Origin: Ktedonobacterales bacterium
GTDB taxonomy: Bacteria; Chloroflexota; Ktedonobacteria; Ktedonobacterales; JADMIN01
Direction: 5' to 3'
Length of the DNA: 64,000 nt
Assembly: GCA_035716045.1 (NCBI GenBank)
Contig: DASTKI010000057.1
Coordinates: 12,677-76,676, forward strand
The notes below the pieces were generated by a model. It was not told the DNA's origin and did not search any database. It was given only the letters and a program-made list of their open reading frames with translations. Below are positions 46,343 to 55,102 of this stretch, piece by piece. The position numbers and the translations under genes are program-made. The stretch's first letter is position 1, and the number at the start of each line of letters is the position of its first letter.

Positions 46343-47283
46343 GCGGGCGAGTCGTCGGTATGCCGGTCGAGCCAGGCGTCGAGGTCGCTGAGGACCTGGT
46401 CGGTCATGGTATCACTCAGCAGGTTGACGTAGGCCCCGGGATATTCATGGAACTCTTTATCGGGCAGCTTCATGGCCTCGTAGAAGTCCCGGCTGGCCTG
46501 GCGCGGAGTGACCTGGTCGTCGCCGCCGAGCAGTATCAGCAGCGGGATGGGGAAGCTGGCCGCCTGCGCGCTGACGCGCCGCATAGCCGCGCCGTTCTCC
46601 ATGAGCCAGCGCGGCGTGACTTTGGTGTTGCGCAACGGATCTGTGCGCGCGAACTGGTTGAACGCGGCGTCGTGGGAGATGAGATTCCAGCTCTTGTCCG
46701 CCTGGTGTGTGACATCAAGCGTGAGGCGCGGCGCAATCACTGAGAGCGCGCCCGCGAGCAGTCGCACGCCGAGCGGGAGCGCCGCGACCTTGAGGACGGG
46801 CGAGATACAGCAGACGCCGCGCACCTCACTCGGGCGCCGCATCGCGTATTCCAGCGCGATTGGCCCGCTGCCGGTATGTCCGACAAGGAAAATGGGCCTG
46901 CCCAGCTCCGCTTCGCGTATGGCCTGAAGCAGCGCGGCCAGATCGTCGAGATACTCATCCCGTGCGCTCACATAGCCGCGCTGGCCGGGAGAGCGACCCT
47001 AGCCGCGGCGGTCTGGCGCATAGATCGCGTAACCGCGGAGCGTTTCGTGGATCGGTAGGTTCATGTACCAGCCGCTCTGCGCGAAGTCACCGTGTATCAT
47101 GACGATCACGGCGCGCGACATCCCGGCGTCTGGCAGCCAACGCTGATAGTAGAGCCGCAGGCCATCAGGGGCTGAGAAATAGCTCTCTTCATGCCTCATG
47201 CGCTGTGCCCCTCCCACCTGTCCCACCGCCCGCCGTTGATGCCAGAGGCCGTACGCTTGCCGTTCGGGCAAATCATACCCCAT
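46339..47283 (-). pseudogene. Alpha/beta hydrolase (lysophospholipase/monoacylglycerol-lipase-like) interrupted by one in-frame TAG
   Basis: Track ORFs 46999..47283 and 46339..46971 are in the same frame. They read ...YAPDRRG*GRSPGQRGYVSARDEY... across the TAG at 46999-47001. The nucleophile elbow is GHTGSG (unusual, Thr where Ser is expected). Confidence 0.75.
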
Positions 47284-47343
47284 CGCGTCGCGACGCGATA
47301 GGGCTCCTGGCGCTCGCGCGTGGCAGCGTGTGCGTTGGCAAGC

Positions 47344-48603
47344 TTAGCGCCTGGGCGCGGCCGCCCTGGCAGGCGCTGGCGTGGCGGCATGACTGGCGGC
47401 GCCACGCTTGAGGCCGAGGGCGCGGACGGCGACACTACCAGCGTCCATCAGCGCGGGGATCGGGTCGCGCCAGTCGAAGACGGAGAAGGTCGTCTTGCCG
47501 GCGACGAGCGTGCGCAGGTAGGCCAGCGGCGTGGTGAGGCCAGCCCGCGTCTCCTGAATGCCAGCGGGGATATCGGTGACGGCGCGTAGCCAGCGGTAGT
47601 CATAGTGGGGTGGGGCGGCGGGCAGAGGAAGGCCGAGCGTGTCACAATACTGCATGTACGGGAAGTCGAGGCCGCAGGCGATAGCAAGGGTATGCCAGCC
47701 CCAAGGGCGGACGTTGATGTCGAGCAGCTTGTTGACGCCGTTGCGCGGATCGCGCTTGAACTCGACTTCGACCATGCCCGTCAGCCGCATGTAGGCGAGC
47801 AGCTTGCGCGCGTCATCGAGGATGCCGGGGATCTCGCGCGCTTCGACGAAGCTGCTGCCGAGGCCGTAGTCAATTGGATACTGGCGGGTGCGCTGGGCCG
47901 TCATCGAGGCGACGATCTCGCCCTCGCGCGCGTAGGCGGCGACGGAGAACTGCTGCGAGCCGCCGCCGGGAATGATCTCCTGGATCATGATCTCATCGGG
48001 GGACATGGAGCCGAGCGCCAGCTGGTATTGCGCTCGCATCTCCTCCAGGCTATCCGCAGGCAAGGCTTTGAGGCGCAGTGAGTATTGGAGGCGAGTGGAG
48101 ACGGCGGGCTTGATGATCGCGGGATAGGTGATGTCGAGCGCGGCGAGGTCGTCCTCGTCGCGCGGGCGCCAGGTGGCGGGAATGGCGACGCCCGTCGCGC
48201 GGGCCATCTGATTCATATGGTGCTTGTCGCAGGCCCACTTGAGCGTCTCCCAACCCTGGGTGACGAGGGTGAAGTGGGTGGCGAGGGCGTCGCGATGGCG
48301 CGCGACCAGCTCCACGACCTCGTCCTGGGTGGGTATGAGCAGCCAGCCCATGTAGCTCGGCTCCTGACCGAGGGTGAGTAAGAAATCAACGAAGCGCACG
48401 CCCTCCATCGGGCCATCCCAGCGACGGCGCTCGACGACGTGGCGTGAGAGCCACGCGGCGCGCGGCGTGTTGTCCACTACCACACTGCGCACTCCGCGCC
48501 GCCCCAGGCTGCGGATAACGCCCAACGCCTTGAAGTCGCTGCCCAGCAGCACGACGCCAGGCTTGCTCGCCGCTTGCTTCATCTGCTCGCCCCCAACACT
48601 CAC
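47344..48603 (-). CDS. ATP-grasp carboxylate-amine ligase (COG3919 / D-aspartate-ligase-like)
   Basis: VVLLGSDFKALGVIRSLGRRG pre-ATP-grasp Rossmann-like start, PAIIKPA, IMIQEIIPG and MVEVEFKRD motifs. It starts 10 nt after the upstream flavoprotein stop. Confidence 0.75.
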   Translation of the reverse strand: MSVGGEQMKQAASKPGVVLLGSDFKALGVIRSLGRRGVRSVVVDNTPRAAWLSRHVVERRRWDGPMEGVRFVDFLLTLGQEPSYMGWLLIPTQDEVVELVARHRDALATHFTLVTQGWETLKWACDKHHMNQMARATGVAIPATWRPRDEDDLAALDITYPAIIKPAVSTRLQYSLRLKALPADSLEEMRAQYQLALGSMSPDEIMIQEIIPGGGSQQFSVAAYAREGEIVASMTAQRTRQYPIDYGLGSSFVEAREIPGILDDARKLLAYMRLTGMVEVEFKRDPRNGVNKLLDINVRPWGWHTLAIACGLDFPYMQYCDTLGLPLPAAPPHYDYRWLRAVTDIPAGIQETRAGLTTPLAYLRTLVAGKTTFSVFDWRDPIPALMDAGSVAVRALGLKRGAASHAATPAPARAAAPRR

Positions 48604-48613
48604 GTGCGGTCGC

Positions 48614-49849
48614 TCAGTTCATCGCCACACGGCGGGCGATCTGCCGAGCAGTCGCGCCGGTGCCGGCGATGAAGCGGCAGATCGGGCCGAAGTTGTAGCC
48701 AGCGATGGCGCCGGTGAAGAAGAGGCCGGGCACAGACGACTCGAACCATTCGTTCAGGATGGTGTAGCCATCGTTCGTCGCGATGCGCTGGCGCAGGCCC
48801 TTGTCGAGGAAGGTCAGCTTTTCGACATTGGGCGCGTAGCCGGTGCCGAGGAAGAGGTGATCGAGGTCGCGGGTCGTGCCATCAGTGAGCGCCAGGTGTA
48901 GTCGCTCGCCGCGCTGCTCGGCCCGCCGGACCTCGGTGCGCTCGGTGACGCGCACGACGCCATCCACGCGCGGGCGCAGCCACTGCGCGCCCGAGGCGCG
49001 CACGCAGCGCTGGTCAATCTTCACGCGCGCCTGTTCAGGCAGCAGACGGAAGATGGCGGGGAAGTGGACGAGCCAGGCGACGCCAGCGGGGCCAACATCG
49101 CTGGGGGGATAGAAGATGCGCCGGGTGCGGTCGTTCGCGAGGCGGCGATCAATCCAGATGATCGGGCCGCGCGCGATGACCTCGACATCGGCGCCCGCTT
49201 CGTGCAGCAGCGCCGCCGACTCCAGCGCGCTCTCGCCGCTGCCAATCACGGCGACGCGCTTGCCGCTCCAGGGCGAGAAGTCGGCATGTTCCTGCACGTG
49301 CGTAACCAGCTCGCGCGGCAGGTCACGGGCATAGTCGAGGATGCGCGCGAAGTGGGCCACACCAGTCGCGACGACGACTTTGCTGGCCTTGATCTCGCGC
49401 CCCCCCTCAAGTGTCACACGGTAGCCCGCGCCATCACCGACGACGCTCTGGGCGTAGAGCGGCTGGATGTCGGGCGTGTGACGCTCACGGAACCAATCGG
49501 CGTAGCCCAGCAGAAAGTCCAGCGGTACCGGCTCTTCGATGGGGCGCTTGGAGAACTCCGCGTAGCGCTGCTGAGTGTATTCGCGCTCGGGATCAGAGAT
49601 GGTAATGGAGCTGAAGGTGGATTTGAGATGCATGCTCGGCGGCATGCCCTTCCAGAACTCCATCGGCTTACCAGCGATGATGGTCTCGATACCCTTGCTC
49701 CGCAGATGCGCGGTGACCGCCATACCATAGGGGCCAGCCCCAATCACCATCACAGGATCGCGTCTCGCCACACCCTCGCTCCATTCCAATGTCCTGCTCT
49801 GCGCTGGCGCGCCACATGCCGACGCCGCCGCTTTCACCACGTACCCCAT
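48614..49849 (-). CDS. Two-dinucleotide-binding-domain flavoprotein (FAD/NAD(P)-dependent oxidoreductase, monooxygenase-like)
   Basis: FAD motif VMVIGAGPYGMA, second Rossmann motif RVAVIGSGESALESA and a terminal FFTGAIAGYNFGP. The start is uncertain; I chose ATG 49849 (MGYVV). Confidence 0.7.
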   Translation of the reverse strand: MGYVVKAAASACGAPAQSRTLEWSEGVARRDPVMVIGAGPYGMAVTAHLRSKGIETIIAGKPMEFWKGMPPSMHLKSTFSSITISDPEREYTQQRYAEFSKRPIEEPVPLDFLLGYADWFRERHTPDIQPLYAQSVVGDGAGYRVTLEGGREIKASKVVVATGVAHFARILDYARDLPRELVTHVQEHADFSPWSGKRVAVIGSGESALESAALLHEAGADVEVIARGPIIWIDRRLANDRTRRIFYPPSDVGPAGVAWLVHFPAIFRLLPEQARVKIDQRCVRASGAQWLRPRVDGVVRVTERTEVRRAEQRGERLHLALTDGTTRDLDHLFLGTGYAPNVEKLTFLDKGLRQRIATNDGYTILNEWFESSVPGLFFTGAIAGYNFGPICRFIAGTGATARQIARRVAMN

Positions 49850-50167
49850 GATAGCGGGCCAGCGTACAGAGGCAATGGATGGCGAGGTGAAGACTTGGCG
49901 CCGAAGCCGTTGCGGGTGTGTAGAACGCCGTCCCCGTTCTGGGCGGATACGTTCCGCTTTGCTCCCGCCTCTCTCCCGCATCTCTACCCCACTCTGTACC
50001 TTGCTGCCACCACCCTCATGCTACGCTCGTTACGGCATCCGATATTGAGGCCGATATTAAGGGCGACAGCTCGGCGCGAGCCAACTCGCGAGACGGAGCG
50101 CGGCGCGGCGCGGTTGACCGAGAACACCGCACAACAACATCGCGGATGAAGCGGCGGAGGGACTGAG

Positions 50168-51214
50168 ATGGCGCAGGTGATCGAGCGAGCGGACGAGTTG
50201 GCGCTATTCATCGAGCGCCACACGGAGGAGCCGTTCTATTATCAGCGGCCCTGGCTCGATCTCCTCTCGCGACTCTACGGCTACCCGGTCTACACACTGA
50301 CCTCGCGCGCGCCGGATGGCTCGCTAGCGGGCTTCCTTCCGGCGCTGGCTATCCGCAGCCCGCTGACGGGCCGGCGCGTTGTATCGCTGCCGTTCTCGGA
50401 CTGCTGCCCGCCGCTGGTCACGAGCGAGGCCGCCGCGCGCGACTTGCTCGATCAGGCGCTGGCGCTGGCGCGCGATGAGCGCGCGCGCTACCTGGAGTTA
50501 CGCGCTGGGCAACTGGATGCGCTGGACGGAGCGCCGGGCCTGGCGCGCAACGATCTCTACGCGCGCTGGGTTGTGCCGCTCGATTCGGATACGCAGGCGG
50601 TCTGGAAGCGGGTCAAGTCGCCAGCGCAGCGCCAGGTCAAGAAGGCGGCCAAGCAGGGCGTCAAGGTGCGGGCGGGCGAGAGCGCGAGCGATATGGACAC
50701 CTACCACCAGCTGCACCTGCTCACGCGCTCACGCAAGCATGGGATGCCCACCCAGCCATTGCGCTACTTCCGTGAGTTGTGGGAGACGTTCGGCGCGACT
50801 GGGGGCGTGCGGCTGCTGCTAGCGGAGCATGAGGGCGCGGTGATCGCCGGGATGGTCTTGCTCGTCTCCGGCTCGACCGTTCGCTACGCCTATGGGGCGT
50901 CTGATGAGCGTGCGCTAAGGCTGGGGCCGAATGACGCGCTGATGTGGGAGGCGATCTCGTGGGCCAGCGGCGCCGGCTATACGCGCTTCGACATGGGGCG
51001 CACCGCACGCGATAACCCAGGACTGGCGCAGTTCAAGCGCAACTGGGGCGCGGTGGAAGAGCCGCTGCCCTACTATTACGCGCCAGAGGTGGCGGGCCTG
51101 GCTTCGACCTCTGAGGAGAGCTGGAAGTACCGCGCGCTGACTGCCTGCTGGAGACACCTGCCGCTGCCTGTCTCTGAGCGGCTTGGCGGCGCGCTCTACC
51201 GCCACCTGGGTTGA
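50168..51214 (+). CDS. FemAB-family / GNAT-fold (lipid II:glycine glycyltransferase-like) transferase
   Basis: The length and pattern (YQRPWLDLLSRLYGYPVYTL ... QVKKAAKQGVKV ... YHLHLLTRSRKHGMPTQPLRYF ... YAYGASDE ... FKRNWGA) match FemX/FemAB-like acyl/aminoacyl transferases. Confidence 0.7.
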   Translation: MAQVIERADELALFIERHTEEPFYYQRPWLDLLSRLYGYPVYTLTSRAPDGSLAGFLPALAIRSPLTGRRVVSLPFSDCCPPLVTSEAAARDLLDQALALARDERARYLELRAGQLDALDGAPGLARNDLYARWVVPLDSDTQAVWKRVKSPAQRQVKKAAKQGVKVRAGESASDMDTYHQLHLLTRSRKHGMPTQPLRYFRELWETFGATGGVRLLLAEHEGAVIAGMVLLVSGSTVRYAYGASDERALRLGPNDALMWEAISWASGAGYTRFDMGRTARDNPGLAQFKRNWGAVEEPLPYYYAPEVAGLASTSEESWKYRALTACWRHLPLPVSERLGGALYRHLG

Positions 51215-52572
51215 TGGCGCCGGTGGGGGAAGCGCTGCGACAGACGGGGAAGGATGAGACCATGCGGGAGTGGATCGGACGGTTGGCCGAGGGATTGCTT
51301 GGCCGTCCCCTGGTTCCGCGGGCGCGGCGCGATGGGGGCGGCTTTTTCAGTCGCCAGGCGCGCTGGGTTCTGGCGGGCGCGGGGGCGGTGGTTGTGCTGG
51401 CAGCCGCGCTCTCCGCCATCCATGCGCACGGCGAAACGCGTACGGCCACGACTGTCGCTCATTCTGGTAAGACCGGGAGCGTGGCGGGGACACACGCTCA
51501 GCGCGGCGCGCCTGTCTCACCCTTTGGTCCACTCGTGTCGCGCGGCAAGCCGGTCTTCTGTTCGCCGAGCGATCTCAGCGTGGGTGGCAAGAACGCGATC
51601 ACCAGCGGCAAGTATGGGGACTACTCCTTCTGGCGCGCTGGCGTGAACGACCTGCCGTCGTGGTGCGCGGTTCATCTCGGCGAGGGGCCGAGCCGTCTGC
51701 TGGTGGCGTGGAGCAGTGACTATATCTTCGATTACATCGCCCCCGATGGCATGACGCCGCGCGATTATACGCTCTCCGTTTCGGGCGACAGCACGGATGG
51801 GGCCAACGGTCACTGGCAAACGGCGGTGACTGTGGCGGGCAATGAGACGCGCGTGCGCGAGGCGGTGATTCCATTCGCGGGGATGTCGTGGGTCAAGATG
51901 ACGGTGACGCGCGGGCAGGCGCATGCTACGCAGCCCTACGTGACCATTGACCAGATAGACTGCTACGATGTCTCCGCCGGGCTGAACGAGACGACGCTCT
52001 TCTCCGGTGATTCGATCACGGTGATGGCCTATAACCGCTTCGATGGCTCACACCCAACCTTCGACGAGCTGATGCACCAGATGGACCCCGCGCTCTATCC
52101 GGTCATGCTTGATGAGGGCTTCGGCGGCTGGAGCTCCAGCGGCGCGGCGCAGCAGATATCAACGTGGCTGGCGCTGAATCCCGACATTCATTACTGGCTG
52201 CTCGGCTGGGGGACCAATGACGCGCTGAACATGCTGAATCCCGCGGTCTTCCACGACAACATGCAGTATCTGATTGATGCGATCAAGGCCGCGGGGCATG
52301 TGCCGGTACTGGCGCGCATCCCGGCGATGCATTTGCCGGGCGACCGAGGCGCCGCCACCGACGCGGAGATCCGGGCGCTGAACGCGCAGATAGACGCGCT
52401 GACGCAAGCGAACCACCTCATATCCGGCCCCGACCTGTACACCCTCGTCAGCCAGCGCCCGACCACATACCTGCTCGACGATGGAATCCATCCGGCGCCC
52501 GCTGGGGCCGCGGCGATGAACAACGCCTGGTATCTGGCGATGCGCGGCGCGCTCAAGGCTAGCGCGACGTGA
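51214..52572 (+). CDS. Membrane-anchored discoidin-like (CBM) plus SGNH/GDSL hydrolase
   Basis: TM anchor WVLAGAGAVVVLAAALSAI and a central jelly-roll-like domain. SGNH blocks are FSGDSIT (I), LLGWGTNDA (III) and DDGIHPAPAG (V). The ATG overlaps the upstream stop (TGATG). Confidence 0.75.
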   Translation: MAPVGEALRQTGKDETMREWIGRLAEGLLGRPLVPRARRDGGGFFSRQARWVLAGAGAVVVLAAALSAIHAHGETRTATTVAHSGKTGSVAGTHAQRGAPVSPFGPLVSRGKPVFCSPSDLSVGGKNAITSGKYGDYSFWRAGVNDLPSWCAVHLGEGPSRLLVAWSSDYIFDYIAPDGMTPRDYTLSVSGDSTDGANGHWQTAVTVAGNETRVREAVIPFAGMSWVKMTVTRGQAHATQPYVTIDQIDCYDVSAGLNETTLFSGDSITVMAYNRFDGSHPTFDELMHQMDPALYPVMLDEGFGGWSSSGAAQQISTWLALNPDIHYWLLGWGTNDALNMLNPAVFHDNMQYLIDAIKAAGHVPVLARIPAMHLPGDRGAATDAEIRALNAQIDALTQANHLISGPDLYTLVSQRPTTYLLDDGIHPAPAGAAAMNNAWYLAMRGALKASAT

Positions 52573-52607
52573 ATAGTCACGGAGCAGTGTTTGAGAATGA
52601 CGCGACA

Positions 52608-53834
52608 ATGAAGATTCTGGTTGTGACTCCTGGAGCGCCCACGCTCATGTCAGGCGGGGGCAAGCGCAATTCCTACCTGCTGCGCGCGCTGTGCGAAGCG
52701 CATCAGGTGACGCTGCTGATTGTCTCCGACGATACAGCGTGCACCGTGCGCGATATTGGATCGCTGCAAGCGGATCTGGAAGCGGCGCGCGTCGTAAGGG
52801 CGCCACTTGGCGTCTATAAGCGTGTTTGGCAGCTCGTGGCGGGGATATCGGGCCAGCCGAGTGTCACCCTGCGATTCAGCCCACCAGCGGCGGGGCGGGC
52901 GATTCGCGCGTTGCTGGCGGCTGAGCGATTCGACGCCGTCGTGTATCAGAGCGTGATCGTGGCGAACCACCGGCTGCCGCCGGGCGTGCGCATGGTAATT
53001 GACGAGCACAACCTCGAATACGAGCTGATGGAGCGCTCGGCGGCCAAAGCGCCGTCAACGCTGCGCCGCCTGCACTATACGCTGGAGGCGGCCGCGCTGA
53101 AGCGGGTCGAGCTAGGTCTGCTGGCTCGCGCCGATCTGGTATCGGTGACCAGCGAGCGCGAGCGCGAGCTGCTGGCCGAGATATTGCCGGGCGCCAGAGT
53201 GATCGTCACGCCGAACGGCGTGGATACGGAGGCGTTCGCGCCAGATCTGAAGCGGGCCGAGACGGCGGGACGCGTCATCTTCACGGGCTCAATGGACTAT
53301 CACCCAAACGAGCAGGCGGCGCACTACTTCGCAAGCTCGATCTGGCCCCAGGTGCGCGCCGAGGTTCCCGACGCGACATGGTATCTCGTGGGCGCCCGCC
53401 CGCCCGCCTCGTTCGAGCGGCTGGCCACCCTGCCCGGTGTAACAGTCACGGGCCCTGTGGCGGAGACGCAGCCGTATATGGCGGAGGCGGCAGTGGCAAT
53501 TGCGCCGTTGCTGGTAGGCGGCGGCACGCGGCTGAAGATCCTCGAGGCGCTGGCGATGGGTAAGGCGGTCGTTACGACATCGCTGGGATGTGAGGGGTTG
53601 GATGTGACATCCGGAGAGCATCTGCTGGTGGCGGATGAGCCGGGCGCTTTCGCGGAGGCGGTGGTCAGTCTGTTACACGATGAGGCCCGGCGCAGCCGCC
53701 TGGGTGCGGCGGGTCGCGCGCTGGTGGAGCGCGAGTATAGCTGGACGCGGAGCGGGCGCGCGCTCGTTCAGGCGGTGGAGCGATGCGCCACCGCGCAAGA
53801 GGAGGAGCGCCGTGTGGCTGTGGCTGACGATTAA
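52608..53834 (+). CDS. Glycosyltransferase family 4
   Basis: MKILVVTPGAP..., the GT-B C-terminal domain (VIFTGSMDYHPNEQA, GGTRLKILEALAMGKAVVTT) and the E-x7-E region. Confidence 0.85.
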   Translation: MKILVVTPGAPTLMSGGGKRNSYLLRALCEAHQVTLLIVSDDTACTVRDIGSLQADLEAARVVRAPLGVYKRVWQLVAGISGQPSVTLRFSPPAAGRAIRALLAAERFDAVVYQSVIVANHRLPPGVRMVIDEHNLEYELMERSAAKAPSTLRRLHYTLEAAALKRVELGLLARADLVSVTSERERELLAEILPGARVIVTPNGVDTEAFAPDLKRAETAGRVIFTGSMDYHPNEQAAHYFASSIWPQVRAEVPDATWYLVGARPPASFERLATLPGVTVTGPVAETQPYMAEAAVAIAPLLVGGGTRLKILEALAMGKAVVTTSLGCEGLDVTSGEHLLVADEPGAFAEAVVSLLHDEARRSRLGAAGRALVEREYSWTRSGRALVQAVERCATAQEEERRVAVADD

Positions 53835-55035
53835 GTGGCTGGTGGTGGCCGTCGAGGTTCTGGTGGCCGTCCCGACGCTCTACCTCGCGGCAGTGGCCGC
53901 GGCGGCGATCGCGCGCTCCTTCGGGGCCGGGCGTGAGGCGCCGCGAGGCGTGGATGGCGCGGGGGAGGAGGCGCGTCACCCGCGCTTCGCCCTTGTCATC
54001 CCCGCCCATGATGAAGAAGCCACCATCGGGACGCTGCTCGCGAGCCTGGGCGACGTAGATTACCCGCGCGAGCGCTTCGATATCTATGTCGTGGCCGACA
54101 ACTGCCGGGACGATACGGTGGGTGTGGTCGAGCGGTCAGGCGTGGCGCGCGCGCTCGCGCGGGTGGATACGGAGCGGCGGGGCAAGGGCTACGCGCTGGC
54201 GTGGGCGTTCGAGCGGCTGCGCGGCCATGCGCCAGCGTATGACGCCTACGTCGTCATTGACGCCGATAGCGTCGTGGATTCTCAACTGCTGCTGGCCTAT
54301 GCCCGCGCGCTTCGCAGCCGCGCGGCCGCCATCCAGGCCTCGAACGCTGTGCTGAACGTCGAGGAGAGTCCGGCGACGGCGCTGCGCTGGATCGCGCTCA
54401 CGCTGATGAACCACATCCGCCCGCTGGGCCGCAACCTCCTGGGCGCCAATTCGACGCTGACGGGCAACGGGATGTGTCTGAGCGCGGGGCTGCTGGAGCG
54501 CCAGCCGTGGCGTGCGTTCGGCCTGGCGGAAGACTACCAGTATTACCTGACCATCACGCTGGCGGGTGAGCGCATCCGCTACGCGCCGGACGCGCGCGTG
54601 CGCTCGGTCATGCCCGTGTCCTTCGAGGCGATGCAGACGCAAGACCTGCGCTGGGAGTCGGTCGGCCAGAGGCCGCCAACGTGGTCATGGGTGGCGCGGC
54701 TGCTGCGCGCGGGCGGTTGGCGGCGTATCGAGGCGGTCCTGGAGTTGATCGCGCCGCCGCTCTCGCAGTTGGTGGCGGCGGTCGTGATAGCGGACATCGC
54801 GGCGCCAGCGCTGCGTGATCCGCTGGCGATGGGGTTGGCGGCGCTGCTGACGCTGGGACTGGTGGTGTACGTGGCGTCAGCGTTCATCACGCTGCGGCCA
54901 GCGTGGCCGGTCTATCGCGCGCTGCTCAGCGCGCCGGGGTTCCTGGCCTGGAAGCTGTGGGTCACGCTGGTTTTGCGTAGGCGGCGTAGCCGCGAAGGCG
55001 CCTGGGTGCGCACAGCGCGCGCGCAGCGGTTGTAG
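53812..55035 (+). CDS. Membrane-bound glycosyltransferase family 2
   Basis: FALVIPAHDEEATIGTLLASL, VVADNCRDDT, VIDADS and a QxxRW-like motif (TQDLRWES), flanked by TM segments. GTG 53812 sits behind a GGAGGAG RBS and overlaps the upstream gene by 23 nt. Confidence 0.8.
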   Translation: MWLWLTIKWLVVAVEVLVAVPTLYLAAVAAAAIARSFGAGREAPRGVDGAGEEARHPRFALVIPAHDEEATIGTLLASLGDVDYPRERFDIYVVADNCRDDTVGVVERSGVARALARVDTERRGKGYALAWAFERLRGHAPAYDAYVVIDADSVVDSQLLLAYARALRSRAAAIQASNAVLNVEESPATALRWIALTLMNHIRPLGRNLLGANSTLTGNGMCLSAGLLERQPWRAFGLAEDYQYYLTITLAGERIRYAPDARVRSVMPVSFEAMQTQDLRWESVGQRPPTWSWVARLLRAGGWRRIEAVLELIAPPLSQLVAAVVIADIAAPALRDPLAMGLAALLTLGLVVYVASAFITLRPAWPVYRALLSAPGFLAWKLWVTLVLRRRRSREGAWVRTARAQRL

Positions 55036-55102
55036 GTCTCTGCTGATTCGCGGAGGAGCCGTTCAGCGCGCAGGGGAAGCGTGGGAAAGGGAGCGTAGCA
55101 TC

